A stretch of DNA of 34,067 nt from Octopus bimaculoides (GCF_001194135.2 NC_068985.1:79091471-79125537); one strand, 5' to 3'. Shown: positions 1 through 12,029, numbered from the stretch's first letter. The notes: generated by a model not told the origin, from the sequence alone. Translations and numbers: made by a program.

Positions 1-504
1 GATTTTGAATTGATAGTATGCTACTTAAAGATGTTAATGTGGCATATGATGTGGTTTAATTACTGTTGAAACTGTTAATTAGTTGTATAGATTTTGTGGT
101 TTATATTGGAATACAACTGTTGACCAGTTTTCTCTTTCCTTTGGTTTGTTCCTTTCACTGCTTCATTGTCAAAATAATCATTATTAATGATAGAAATCAT
201 TCATTAGTTGTCTGATTTTGTGTTTTATTTCTCTTGTATGTAGTGTTGGTGTATTGTCTTTGATGGTGTCTCTGTTGTTGCTTTTTAACAACTCATTGGT
301 TAGTTTGTTGTCTTATTAAGATTTCTCTCTGCATACACACTGTATGGGATGTATGTATGTATGTATGTATGTATGAGGGAGAGAGAGAGAGACATGCATA
401 CATATATGTATACATGCATACACATGCGCACCCAAGCACACACACATATATAAACTAACATAATTTACATTCACACAAAAATACATACACGCATTCTAAA
501 AAAC

Positions 505-711
505 AGGGCGAAAGATCCTTGCCGATCCATAAGAGTGGTTTCCCGGATTCTGTTGGTGCATATTTATGCCAGTTCATCGTAGGATTACTCCAGCTGAGTG
601 AACTGGAGCAACATGAAATAAAATGCTTTGGTCAAGAGCACAGCGTTTCACCCGTTCCAGGAACCGAAACCAAAATCTTACAATACCCTAACCACTAAGC
701 CACGCGCCTCC
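505..711 (-). mobile_element. tRNA-derived SINE, family C (GGAGGCGCGTGGCTTAGTGGTTAGGG head)
   Basis: tRNA-like head plus TTGCTCCAGTTCACTCAGCTG body; related copies at 2905, 4594 and 32805. Confidence 0.75.
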
Positions 712-830
712 ACACATGAGTATATACATATGTCTGTATGTATGTATGTATGTATGTATGTATGTATGTATGTATGCGTGCACTTATATATATATATATA
801 TGTATACACACGCAGACACATACACATAAG

Positions 831-1027
831 TGTGTGTGTGTTTGTCCCGCACTACCGTTTGACAGTCGGTGTTGGTGTGTTTACATCCCCATAACAGTGG
901 TTCGGCAAAAGGAACCAATAGATTAAAAGCTAAGTCCTCGGGTCGATTTCTTCAACGAAAACCCTACAAGGAGGTCCCCCGACTTGGCCGCATTTAAATG
1001 GCTGAACAAGTAAAAGATAAAAGATAT
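831..1027 (+). mobile_element. SINE family B, 3' half
   Basis: GGTGTTGGTGTGTTTACATCCCC...GGGTCGATT...CAAGTAAAAGATAAAAG matches the 3' half of the copy at 20618-21035. Confidence 0.75.
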
Positions 1028-1140
1028 ATAGATATGTATGTGTGTATAGATATGTAAATGCGTGCGCGCGCGCGTGTTGGCAATTTCTATGATTATGTTG
1101 TGGAATGTTTACATACAGCATTATATATCTGAGCAATGAA

Positions 1141-1352
1141 GGCGGTGAGATGGCAGAATCGTTAGCACGCCCAGCATGATGCCTAGCGGCATTTCGTCCG
1201 TCTTTATGTTCTGAGTTCAAATGCTGCTGGGGTCGACTTTGCCTTTAATTCTTTCGGGGACGAAAAAATAGGCACAAGTTGAGCACTGGGATCAATGTAA
1301 TTGACTTATCCGATTCCTTGAAACTAGTGACCTTGTGCCGAAATTTGAAACC
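1141..1352 (+). mobile_element. tRNA-derived SINE, family A (GGCGGTGAGCTGGCAGAATCGTTAGCAC head)
   Basis: A-box-like TGGCAGAATCGTTAG, B-box-like GAGTTCAAAT, body GGTCGACTTTGCCTTT...GACCTTGTGCC; more than 12 copies in this window. Confidence 0.85.
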
Positions 1353-1600
1353 ACTCCTTTTATCTTGACGATGGTGGTGTTTTTGAATTCTGTTGTCACA
1401 GTTCTTGATGGAAATGGTTTTGCGTAGATTGATTTAAAAACGGAAAAAAATTGAAAGTGTTTCTGTTGTGCTCATTCACGTGTGAGTGTGCTGTGATGTG
1501 ATAATGGGTAGTTGATTGGAAATATTTTGGAGAATTGATATTGTGACTATGGTGGCTTACAATAAATACTCGACCAGTATTTTCCTCACACCAAGACACG

Positions 1601-1842
1601 CCGACCCGGTGCTGATAGCTCATGGAACATAAAACACAGTACCAAATATTTATACTTTTATGTGTTTTGTCTTAGCCATGGAAACACAACGCATGTAGAC
1701 GGTGGCAGCACATGTCATTCCTCCCCGACCCCGATAGCTTATGGTACATAAAAACACTGACCGAAATACCTGTACTTTTACCAACTTTAACAGTAACTGC
1801 CTTGGCCATAGAAACACAACGCATGTAGACGATAGCAGCATA
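1601..1842. repeat. Two-unit imperfect direct repeat (about 120-130 bp period)
   Basis: Units start GATAGCT at 1614 and 1733 and share the identical 21-mer GAAACACAACGCATGTAGACG (1681-1701, 1811-1831). Confidence 0.8.
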
Positions 1843-2009
1843 AGAACCATTGACTTCCCGGTTGGTTGTCCGATACTTAAATGACTTGGCGACAGTATTG
1901 TTCAGTAGTTGGGTAGGCCGTTTCTGAAGAAGAGAAAACGAAAATAAATAAATAGTTAAATAAAATGTGACGTAATAGAAAAGGCATGAAAGTGCTGGTT
2001 GTGAATATC

Positions 2010-2405
2010 TTTTATCTTTTACTTGTTTCAGTCATTTGACTGCGACCATGCTGGGGCACTGCCTTGAAGGGTTTTAGTCGAACTTATTCTAGTACTTATT
2101 CTATCGGTCTCTTTTGCTAAACCGTCAAGTTACGGGAACGTAAAGATACCAACACCGATTGTCAAGCGATGATGGAGGTACAAACACAGACATAAAGACA
2201 CGCGTACATAGATATATGCATATATAACTGAAAGAAGCACGTTGTATATATATATATATATATTCATATGACGGGCTTCTTTCAGTTTCTGTCTACCAAC
2301 TCATGAGGCTTTGGTTAATCCAAGGCTATAGTAGAAGATAGTTGCCCAAGGTGCCACACAATGGGACTGAACCCGAAACCATGTCCTATCACACAACCAG
2401 GCCTG
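2010..2405 (-). mobile_element. SINE family B, near full length, with internal TA-rich microsatellite
   Basis: Reverse complement reads GGTTTCGGGTTCAGTCCCATTGTGTGGCACCTTGGGCAAC...GAAACTGAAAGAAGCCCGTC...ATGACTGAAACAAGTAAAAGA. Confidence 0.85.
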
Positions 2406-2450
2406 TTAAAAATACAAATGTTTAGTTGAGTGATTGTTCTGTTGTCCTGT

Positions 2451-2720
2451 TTATGAGTTTATGAAAGGAGGAGGAGTTAGAGATTGAAGAGAAGGCAATA
2501 AAGACGTGGAGGAAGAGAAGAAAGGGGAAAAAAACGAAGAAGGATGTGGTAATAAAAGAGGAATATTACAGAAGGAAGAAATGGAAGAGAAATATAGTGG
2601 ACGGGGAGCGTAAAAGAAAGAAGAAATGGATAAAGAAAAAAAATCAAGATGAAGAAAGATCAATGAGGAAGAAGAATACAGAAAAAAACCCCAACCTAAA
2701 ATCACAAAAATCAAAACTGT
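2451..2720. repeat. Purine-rich low-complexity tract
   Basis: GAA/GGA-rich sequence that produces spurious Lys/Glu- and Phe/Ser-rich ORFs. Confidence 0.7.
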
Positions 2721-2904
2721 GCCTATAAACAAACCAGCATATTAAGTAAGGGAGAAAAAGTACTTGCTGGCATAGCTGGGGACGTAGATACATGTAAAAT
2801 CCAGGAATTCTTTATGTATGTGCGCTCATATATTTGCAAAATTATGAAAATGAGAAAGGGTAAATAAATAAATAAATAAATAAATAAAGGAATGTGTGTA
2901 TAGT

Positions 2905-3065
2905 GGAGATCCGTGGTTTTCACAATACTCCAGTCCGACCAGCTGGCAAAAACGAGTAATCCTGCACCGGACAGGTGTTCCGTCCTGTGGTGGGCATATA
3001 CGCCAGAGAATCCTGGAAAACGTCCCTAAAAGTCTTTATGACATGGGAAAGAGTTTTGTCTTTTA
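2905..3065 (+). mobile_element. SINE family C, 5'-truncated
   Basis: CTCCAGTCCGACCAGCTGGCAAAAACGAGTAATCCTGC...GCCAGAGAATCCTGGAAAAC, similar to 505-711. Confidence 0.6.
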
Positions 3066-3476
3066 ATGTATGTCCAGCTTTTATTTATTTATTTTTGTTT
3101 TGNNNNNNNNNNNNNNNNNNNNNNNNNNNNNNNNNNNNNNNNNNNNNNNNNCTAAAATGATATTCATTCATCAGTTTGGGATTGATAATGTACCAGTCGA
3201 GTACTAGAATCCCTTCCTGTTTCACTCATTTTTTTCTAGGAAAAATCGGCTCTCATCTCACCAGGAGAGGATTGGGCTCAACATGTTTAAATAAATGCGT
3301 AATAGAGAGGTATACCACGATGAAGTTCAGATCCAGCTGAACCACGAAAAAGGCGTTCCAGCAACGATTATCCTGTCTATTTTTCAGAAATAGTGAATTT
3401 GAACTAGTCTCTAATTTGTCCGATCAATCAGTTTTCTTTTTGTTTTTTAATGATTGGTTAAATTTGAAAAATTTAC

Positions 3477-3581
3477 TGCTATTTCTGTCATCTTAAGTAA
3501 CAACTCAAAAGCTCCTTCATTGGCTTGGGAGCACTGTGTAAGTAGCAGGTATTCTGTTCGCTCACAATCCCGAGGTAAAAT
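3477..3581 (-). CDS. Putative internal coding exon (105 bp, phase 0-0) of an unidentified host gene: ILPRDCERTEYLLLTQCSQANEGAFELLLKMTEIA
   Basis: Long (CT)n/pyrimidine tract ending ...ttttctcccaacatcaag acceptor, 35 open codons with protein-like composition, donor GCA|GTAAAT. No homologue recognised. Confidence 0.5.
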
Positions 3582-4593
3582 CTTGATGTTGGGAGAAAAT
3601 GAAAGTGAAAGCGAAAGAGAGAGAGAGAGAGAGAGGGAGAGGGAAGGAGAGAAAAGAGGGGGGAGAGAGAGGAGAGAGATCCACTAATGATTAGATTAGT
3701 GATGGCAATCCCTTGTAAGTCGGTGCATCGAAGTTCTAATTCTTTTAATAATCCTGTTATTGAAATGTCACATTTTACTTTCAAGTAAACACTTATAGAC
3801 AAGCTATTTATAACATGATATTGTAGGAAGATTTCTTTCAAAGTTCATCGGGTGTCACCTAAAAGCCGGAACGCGTGTCATAAGCTCGCCACTGCTTGTC
3901 TTGATTCTCTCATTGAAAACTGCGTACTGAATAACGAAAGAAGCCTACCGAGCAGAGCATTTTGTTACCAAAGAATATTAATTCGTAGAAATTGTAGAAC
4001 ACAAAAATCATCAATAACAACAACCCATTAATGGTCAGATGCTATCTCTGCTTTGCTTCTTAGTAAATAGATGCGAAATAGAAGTCTTGATGGATAAGAT
4101 GCATGAATGTAACTAATTGCTTGTAAATTTTACAGCACTGTATATCGATGTGGAGAGGCAGAATCTTTAGGCCATCTTGTGGAATGATTTTCAGTATTTA
4201 GTTATGGCTTAGTATTTCCCGAAATAAAAGCCTGCGGAGGTCAACTTTAACATTCTCCCTAAATTAACTAATTAATTAGACAAGTTAATTAGTTAATTTA
4301 CTTGTCAATATTACCCGCCCCACCCATATTTTATTGTTGACCTTGTACCAACATTATGTATCAATTTTACAACACTGTTGCCAGTTGGAGTGGCGAGTTG
4401 TTTCTACTCCGAAGTAGCTATTTACTAAACTAGGTGGACTTGGCACAGTCATGAGTTAAATATACTGACCACTGACAATGTATTTTAGATGGTAAGGTAC
4501 CAAGTACCGACCTATTAGCTGGGTCACACCAAATTTTAGTGAACTACAGTGATATAGCCATCACAAAGTCCAGTCCTTATTGTGGTATTATGT

Positions 4594-4885
4594 GAAGGTG
4601 CATAGCTCAGTGTTTAGAACATCGGGCTTATAATCATGAGGTAGTGAGTTAGATTCCGAGACCGGGCTGTGTGTTGTGTTCTTGAACAAGACACTTTATT
4701 TCACTCAGCTGCAGAAATGAGTTGCGACAGCAGTGGTGCCAAGCTGTGTCGGTCTTTACCTTTCCCTTCGATAATATCGGTGGCATGGTAAGCATGGGCA
4801 ACTGCTGATCTTCCATAAACAACCTTCCCTGGACTTGTAGATCGAAGGGTAACTTTCTAGGTACAATGCCATAGTCATTCATAGT
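4594..4885 (+). mobile_element. tRNA-derived SINE, family C variant
   Basis: GAAGGTGCATAGCTCAGTGTTTAG head, GAGTTAGATTCC B-box-like, TTGAACAAGACACTT and CACTCAGCTG body. Confidence 0.7.
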
Positions 4886-4909
4886 TATTGTGGTATGGTG
4901 ACTTCTGTA

Positions 4910-5200
4910 CCTTAATGACTCTGAAAACTATTGTAGGGGAGCACCAACTCCTGTTAGAGCCTCCCAAACCGGACAGGTCAAAGGATAGAGGTCAGATGAA
5001 TATGGATTACATCTACCTAGAGGCGAAAATATGTTTGTAATACGGTCAAAACCTCTACCCCAAAAAATAGAGCAGAGTTACGGAAGAACGTATGACAATG
5101 CATACCCAGCAGGATCTGGAATAGGATAGCACAGAATAGAGAACAGTGGAGAAATCAAGAACAGGCTACCCGCTTTGAGAAGCGAAGAGCTTAAAATGAC
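4910..5200 (+). mobile_element. Possible internally deleted RTE-like LINE remnant
   Basis: CCGGACAGGTCAAAGGATAGAGGTCAGA resembles RTE 5' UTRs; later ...AQNREQWR resembles the RTE C-terminal xDRxxWR motif. From memory, weak. Confidence 0.3.
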
Positions 5201-5439
5201 AGCGATATTTGTAAATTTGGTGAAATTAATTTTGGCACCCTAAGTGTAAGACATCAGCGGAAAGGAAGCCGTTGTAGCTGTATGTTATTTTGTATAAACC
5301 TTTCTCGAAATTATAGTTTGAGTGAAATTTATAGATGATATTGATTTTTGTTGCATATCTATATATTTACTCACGGTTAACTATTTATATTTTTTGACTA
5401 TATATCTATGAATTATATTTCAAACTATTACCCTAATGT

Positions 5440-5710
5440 GCTGGTGCAGTCTCACCAAACGATTAAGAAGTTCGCTTCGCGATCGTCCGAGTTTCGATTC
5501 CACTACTTAGTCTGCTAGGCCAGCATCATTGTCTATAGCCTCTGGACCCATATTTTGCTAGTCAAAATGGGTAGACGGAAGCTATATAAAAGCTCGTCCA
5601 ACCTTGCCACCCTGCGTCGCGCTGATTCTACCCACACCTGAGAATGATTTTAAAGATACATTTTTCTTTGGAACACTCAGCCACTTACGCGCTAATTCAA
5701 TTAAACAACT
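5440..5710 (+). mobile_element. Degenerate tRNA-derived SINE (B-like head, C-like tail)
   Basis: GAGTTTCGATTCC B-box-like, GGTAGACGGAAGCT body, CACTCAGCCACTT tail shared with 32805-33115. Confidence 0.5.
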
Positions 5711-6829
5711 AAACAATCATAGTCGAAAATCGTCACCGACATTAATTTTATAGCGAAAAAAGTAAAAATCAATCCGGGTAAAATTTACTTCAGAACATAT
5801 AGGGGTGTAAAAAAGTAACAGAATACATTTTTTTGTCATCTACTGATTTTGTCACTCCATCGCTCCATATATATATATATATAATAACTTGAATAAGAAG
5901 TTTGAGTTCAAAGAATGATACATCCAACATATGAAATTCTGTACTGTTTCTAAAGAAACGTCTCTGTCGAATCACATTTAGGACTTAAAAGAGGGTATTA
6001 AAATTTTTTAATATAAAATGGATAAAAATAGACTGTACTACTTTTTGCATAAATTGTTCTGAGATTTTGTTCTTAGTCACTATAGAAAACAATATCATAA
6101 CCACGCAATGAATATGCCAGCTGAAAGGAAGAAATTAGTTGAAATCAAATTGCAGGCACAACAACAAATTTATTTTTAAAAAGCCTACCGCAGACTACAA
6201 AAAAGTAAAACAACCGCCGGTAAAGCACGGCAAAATTAGTAAGGGAAGCAAAACAGAACCAATGCTAACGGAAACGTAATAACAATGCAGATTAACTCAC
6301 AAGAAAGAAGTTGAATTCCCAGAGACCAATTATAAATCCCCTCTCACCAACAAAGAGTATCATGAACATTTTCAACAACTTATAAAATAAACATTTTTTA
6401 TGATGTAGGGAGAATAAAAAAGTTACAAAAAAAACAAAAAACAGGAACTTCGGAAACAACCAATGAAAAAGAGATAAACAAATAACCTCAGTAAACGCCA
6501 TACTAGTAAACATTTTAATAAAAACAACTTGAAGATGATAAGATCTGAAAAATGAGTCTAGATGAGAACAGTGAACCTATCCAATCACAAAATAAGAGTT
6601 ACGAAGAACTTTCGTTATTTCAGACAGCGCATAACAAATCTATAAAGTAGAAATAAATCGTAAAAGTATGCACATGTATACATAAGCATATATACATACA
6701 TATATATAAATATATGCATGCATGCATACATACTACAAACATACACATATAATATATATACATTTAAAGCTAACATTGGTTTCATGTTAATAAAATTATA
6801 CTAAAATCTTAACAGTTTTTCCATCCGAT

Positions 6830-7650
6830 CGCATGGAAGAATGGTGTTCGTTTCCGTTTTGGATGAAAACTAGAAAAACCTCGGGAATTCACAAAAGGAT
6901 CTCGTATAGAAAGACAAGAAGTCAATGGCCTTTGCTCTTGGATGACACCTTTTGAGTGATTATCTACCTTAGGTTTGACTTTCGGGAAAAAACCGTGTTG
7001 GATGGTGAATTTGTTTGTATTATATTATATTATATCATGGGTATATGTGATGTTCGTAGGTTTATGTGCTAATGGAGTTTATCAGGGGGCATGTATCTTC
7101 TAAGTGAAGCGTTCATATGTTGTATATATTCAATGTTTACGTTCAGAGAAAGAAACTGTACTTGTGGGATTGGTGGAGTAGGTGGTGATTCCTCTTTGAA
7201 ATGTCGGAGTGTAAAATATTGCTTGTGTATGCAGTTAGAGAAAGTTTCATCTTAAATATTTCAGATGTTATCTTTTGACTGGAGGATATTTAGATTTTCA
7301 GTGATATGGAGCTCCCTTGTATTTTCTGGCTTAGCAATGATACTCTATGTTATTTGGAGGTTGCTTACTCCGCCTTCTTTCAATGTCCATATCATATTAG
7401 ACAAGGATGTCACATGTCTTTTATTTTTGTCCCTGAATGACGCCATGTGCTGTGTGTATCTTTCCTTGAATAAGTAGCACATCATTCCGACATACGTATT
7501 TATTTCAACGTTGGGATCCATGATTTTGACCTTGCATATAAGTTCTTTTACCAGACAGTTATCACTTACAGGACAGCGGTCTGAAGATCTACAGTTACAG
7601 TGTGTTCGTGGGTATTCCTGGTGTGTATTTTTATAGTCGTTGAGTATTAT
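6830..7650 (-). mobile_element. Penelope-like element 3' fragment with GIY-YIG endonuclease remnant
   Basis: ORF 7345-7653(-): CNCRSSDRCPVSDNCL...TYVGM...FKERYTQHMASF...TSLSNMIWTLK fits the PLE pattern CNCR-x4-CP-x3-CL...YIG...FKxRYxxH..SF...LSxYIWxLK. Continues frameshifted as SIIAK...FSNCIHK. Confidence 0.85.
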
Positions 7651-7693
7651 CAAGCCTATATTGGGGAGACGACTATATCAAACATTAACAGAG

Positions 7694-7696
<3 letters not shown>

Positions 7697-7760
<64 letters not shown>
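7697..7760. repeat. (AC)n microsatellite
   Basis: About 32 AC units seen directly. Confidence 0.95.
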
Positions 7761-7762
<2 letters not shown>

Positions 7763-8148
7763 CCACACACACACTTATATATATATAGTTTAATTGGAAG
7801 ATATGTTAACCTCATAAAGGGATGGTTACATCCAAGGAAATATTGGTTCAATACCTAGCATATTGGGGAATGAAATTCTTTTAAAACAATAGTATTAAGC
7901 ATATAGTTTATATGGAAATAAGAAGTATAACGGGAAAGCAGAGAATAAAAATAAAAATTAAAATATATGTAAGATGTTATAGCTGCAGTTCCGTTATCCA
8001 AGGAAAGTGGTGTGTAGAAGTGGTAGAAATGCTTCTTGTCCATGGTATGTAAATTCCGATTGGAGTTCATATTTTGTCATTACAAATGGAAAGTGTGGTG
8101 GTGTAGATTCCATGTGCTGTTCATTCAAAAGGATCTTGATATATACAC

Positions 8149-8182
<34 letters not shown>

Positions 8183-8939
8183 GTAAATAGATATTGTTTG
8201 ACTGTCAAGGGAACAACGATCTCGTAATCAACATCAATGAATTAAATAAATTAAATAAATATGAATTAAATAAATTCTTATTACGCTCTGTACTCGCCAA
8301 TCGTTTTATTCCGAACCATACCTATATTGAGTTCTATACTCTACTAGTATTTCTATGTCTAAGTGAAATCATAATGTGTATGTACACGCACACACATGCG
8401 CATACACACATAAACACATACACGCACACATGCATGCATAATCTCATGTACATTCTAATTGCACACAAGTGTATGCCTCTGTGTGTGTGTGCGTGTTGGG
8501 GGTGCCTTTTAAATACAATTCTCTCTATCTTTTACATTTCTCTTTCTCTCTCTTTCCTTCCTTTATTACTACCTCTCTCGTTTTGTCATTCCCAGACTTT
8601 TTTTTATTATCACACGTTCTGTATTAACTTTCAAAATCTGTCTCGCCATTCTCTGAAAGACTGCAAAATAACCATTTCCATTTCGTGTTTATATCTACTT
8701 ACGTTTATAGATTTTATGTCTGCGCTTTTATGTTTAAAGAAGACTCGTTTCTTTGAAATATATGAATACATGTGTGTGTTTGTTACACTCGAAGATTTAT
8801 CTCACGTAATACGGATATAATATCTATGCATTAGTTTATAAAATCAAAAATATTAATTTGTTTACTTACAGCTAGGTATGAATTTATCTCACACGGGCTT
8901 ATATGTATGTGTGCGTATCTATATAAATTACCCACATAA

Positions 8940-9072
8940 TGACTTCAAATTTTGGTACAGGGCCAGCAATTTTCGAGGGGAGAGGGACGTCGATTACATC
9001 GACTTCAGTAAGGTTGAAAGGCAAAGTTGACTTCAGCGGAATTTGAACTGAGAGCGTAAAGACAGACGAATA
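8940..9072 (-). mobile_element. SINE family A, partial
   Basis: GAAAGGCAAAGTTGACTTCAGCGGAATTTGAACTGAGAGCGTAAAGACAGACGAA, as in other minus-strand copies. Confidence 0.75.
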
Positions 9073-9106
9073 TCTACATACATAACAGCTGCAAATCGAT
9101 TCCGAG

Positions 9107-10245
9107 TGTTACCATCGCTTGATGAGCAGCACAGATGTGGTCTTTCCGTCTTGTTAGGGACTTGCATTCTTTTGTATAGATGTGGCAATGTCAGGCGCCT
9201 TGTGCAGTAGGCGTTACAATATTATTTTGCCGAACTTTCATGACGTTTCAGTCTCACTCTTGGCGCACATTCTTTTTCAGACTAATTTTAGATGGGAGTG
9301 TGTTTGCGCGTATTTATGCAAGTATATAAGTGTATTCTGCTCGAGATTTCAGCTTCCATGTCTCGGCACATATTCTCTATGTCCCAAGTAAACGTAATCC
9401 TCTATTTTTTCACTTCCCATTTCTATTAAGCCTCATGCTGTTTTCGAACTGCATGTATTTTGCTCCCAAGCATTCATTTTCAAGCTACTCATGAACTATG
9501 AGTGTCCAACTCTGTCTGCGTGGCCTGCAGCTGATCTGTTGAGTTCGGCGATTTCTACAATATTATTTGCGAATCGGAGTTGTTCACGCCACCTGTCTGG
9601 TCGAGTGTTTTTAAAGACCATTTTTTCACATGCAGTGAAGAGCTTTGAAGAGATGGTGTCTTCCTATTTGGGACTTTACTGGTGGCGAAAGCAGAGTTGT
9701 ACTCTCCCCACAATATCTCCCCTTTTGAGATTTCGAGTGCCGAAGGAATAAAGAAATTTTATTTATTATTATTATTTTTTAGTATTTTTTCCCTTGGGCG
9801 TTATCTCAGGGTGTTCGGTCTGCTTCCGTTTTCTCATGCTGGTTCTACTGGACTCCATTACTTTCGGTGCTGGGACATCGAATATATCAAAAAGCACTTC
9901 CATAGGAATTTCTCTCGGTTCTTCTGTATGTCTCTTCTTTAGCTGGTTTATGTGTCTCCTATGTTCCCAGCGTGGTCCTTTACATCATACTTCCTATTTT
10001 TTGGTTACGAGGCCATCCTCCCAGCCTCTTTTTTTTTTTAACCATTTCTGTAGGTTTTAATATGCACTTTATCTCCTACTTCAAAATATTTCGCTGTATC
10101 TTTCGTACATCCTTTACATCATTTTTTTTTCTCTGGCAATAACTTATCTAAAATCGATTCTATTCTTCTCGCGAACATCAACACTGCTGGTGAATTTGTA
10201 CTTGGATTGGGGGTTACTCTATATACCCTTAAGAATTTTGTTAGA
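9107..10245 (-). mobile_element. Gypsy-type LTR retrotransposon 3' remnant: integrase C-terminus, polypurine tract and 3' LTR
   Basis: Translation KFLRVYRVTPNPSTNSPAVLMFARRIESILDKLLP...FEVGDKVHIKTYR...WEDG...HRRHINQLKKR. PPT AAAAGGGGAGATAT at 9726-9713, then LTR start TG at 9712. LTR end (...TAACA at 9107) is tentative. Confidence 0.8.
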
Positions 10246-10560
10246 GACATCTGGAAGTTGTCCATAGGTGCCGGGCCGAAAGTCCTTCGATGCAGGTTGG
10301 CAAGCTAACTTTCATCGAAACGCAGAGTCTGCCCCACGCCATCATCACACTTCCCCTCTACCAGCCCTCTATAGTACGCCGAGGTGGTATCCCCTCCGCC
10401 GGCATTGCTCGTTCGGGAGAGAAGCATGAGCGCCTGTCGATACTCTCCTTGCCAAGCTCCCAGCCTTCGTCTACATTTCAGTTCCCCAAAAGAGGTGAAC
10501 TTGAGAAATATCTCATCAAAGAACGGAGACCACGCCCGCTCTGCGTCCACTGCCGACTAC
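10246..10560 (-). mobile_element. L1/Tx1-like LINE ORF2 fragment (region upstream of the C-terminal zinc finger)
   Basis: Frame ERAWSPFF...YYRGLVEGKCDD...*LANLHRRTFGPAPMDNFQ in a GC-richer block; resemblance to Tx1-type ORF2 is from memory. Confidence 0.5.
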
Positions 10561-10735
10561 GTCAGACTTACAATTTATATGTAGTGGTCCCGTCTATTCT
10601 CGTCGGTGGGCGTCGTGTTATAGCCACGACAGGACATAAGCTGCTGGCTGTGCGTGCTTGTGTCTCTGGTCGTCATATGTGTATATGTATATGTGATGTG
10701 TGTACATGCATCTTTCGTCTGCGTGAATATAAGTA

Positions 10736-10739
<4 letters not shown>

Positions 10740-10780
<41 letters not shown>

Positions 10781-10795
10781 GTGTATGTGCGTGCG
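10740..10795. repeat. (GT)n microsatellite
   Basis: Seen directly. Confidence 0.95.
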
Positions 10796-11657
10796 TTACA
10801 ACATTAATCCATGCCAGAGAGTATCGTGAATGAGTTTCTCAGCATACATACGAATACATAGTGTTTAAGTTGATCTCAAAGCGTGAGGAAGGATGTACTA
10901 GAGACATTATTGTTGATGCTGCTCCCTATCTAGGCACAAACATAATTCTTTCCCATATTAATTGCACTTCATATTTGAGGCTCAGATGACGATATAAGGC
11001 GTTATTCGGGCACTTAGCTATGAGTCCACTGCATCTCATAGCAGAAACAGCTGTAAGCTAATGAAGTTCATAAGATAATCATTAATCCATCTTTCTTATT
11101 ACCACTTCATTCTCAGCTAACTCTTCCTACTGAAATATACGTATATTGAGTTCTACACTCAATAGTCTCGCAATGCCTAAGCAAAATATATACATATATG
11201 TATGTGTGTGTGTGTGTGGGTGTGTGTGTGTGTGTACACACATAAATACATACACATACACATACATTCACACACATATAGACATACACACATACATACA
11301 GGCGCGCGCACGCACATATATAGTTACCTCTGTAGTATGAAGAGATGATTAATAGACTAGTCATCTAGTATGTGATAACATAATTCTTATATGTATAGCC
11401 CATCATATTGCTTGATAAAAAATTCTACTGATCAAAGAATATAATACTGTCATTTTGATTCCTTTGTATCTTTATTTTTATACACTGCAATGAATGTACT
11501 AACCACATAATCGGTACATTTCCCTGGAGTTACGGTTTATACGCAACATTATTTGGATTAAGTGAACACTTTCTTCTGTTTTTATTCCCTATGCAATATC
11601 TTAGCCAAAGTTTCATGTGGTGCGCTGACACATCTAAATTCCTAAACCTCTGTTGCC

Positions 11658-11693
<36 letters not shown>

Positions 11694-12029
11694 NNNNNNN
11701 NNNNNNNNNNNNNNNNNNNNNNNNNNNNNNNNNNNNNNNNNNNNNNNNNNNNNNNNNNNNNNNNNNNNNNNNNNNNNNNNNNNNNNNNNNNNNNNNNNNN
11801 NNNNNNNNNNNNNNNNNNNNNNNNNNNNNNNNNNNNNNNNNNNNNNNNNNNNNNNNNNNNNNNNNNNNNNNNNNNNNNNNNNNNNNNNNNNNNNNNNNNN
11901 NNNNNNNNNNNNNNNNNNNNNNNNNNNNNNNNNNNNNNNNNNNNNNNNNNNNNNNNNNNNNNNNNNNNNNNNNNNNNNNNNNNNNNNNNNNNNNNNNNTA
12001 TATATATATATATATATATATATGTATTT

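Noticed and set aside
1-330. Possible decayed Penelope RT C-terminal region on the minus strand
   Set aside because: Only compositional resemblance; no convincing motif survives.
1924-1945. CTGAAGA...GAAA hammerhead-like words
   Set aside because: The intervening sequence cannot form stem II.
7983-8044. Ankyrin-like peptide VEVVEMLLVHG before a gtatgt donor
   Set aside because: No polypyrimidine tract upstream and no TxLH motif; likely chance.
8194-8820. 208-aa ORF, the longest gap-free ORF in the track
   Set aside because: Built from (CA)n, (TG)n and CT-rich low-complexity sequence; no protein motif.
10290-10829. 179-aa plus-strand ORF
   Set aside because: Antisense to a LINE fragment and runs into (GT)n.
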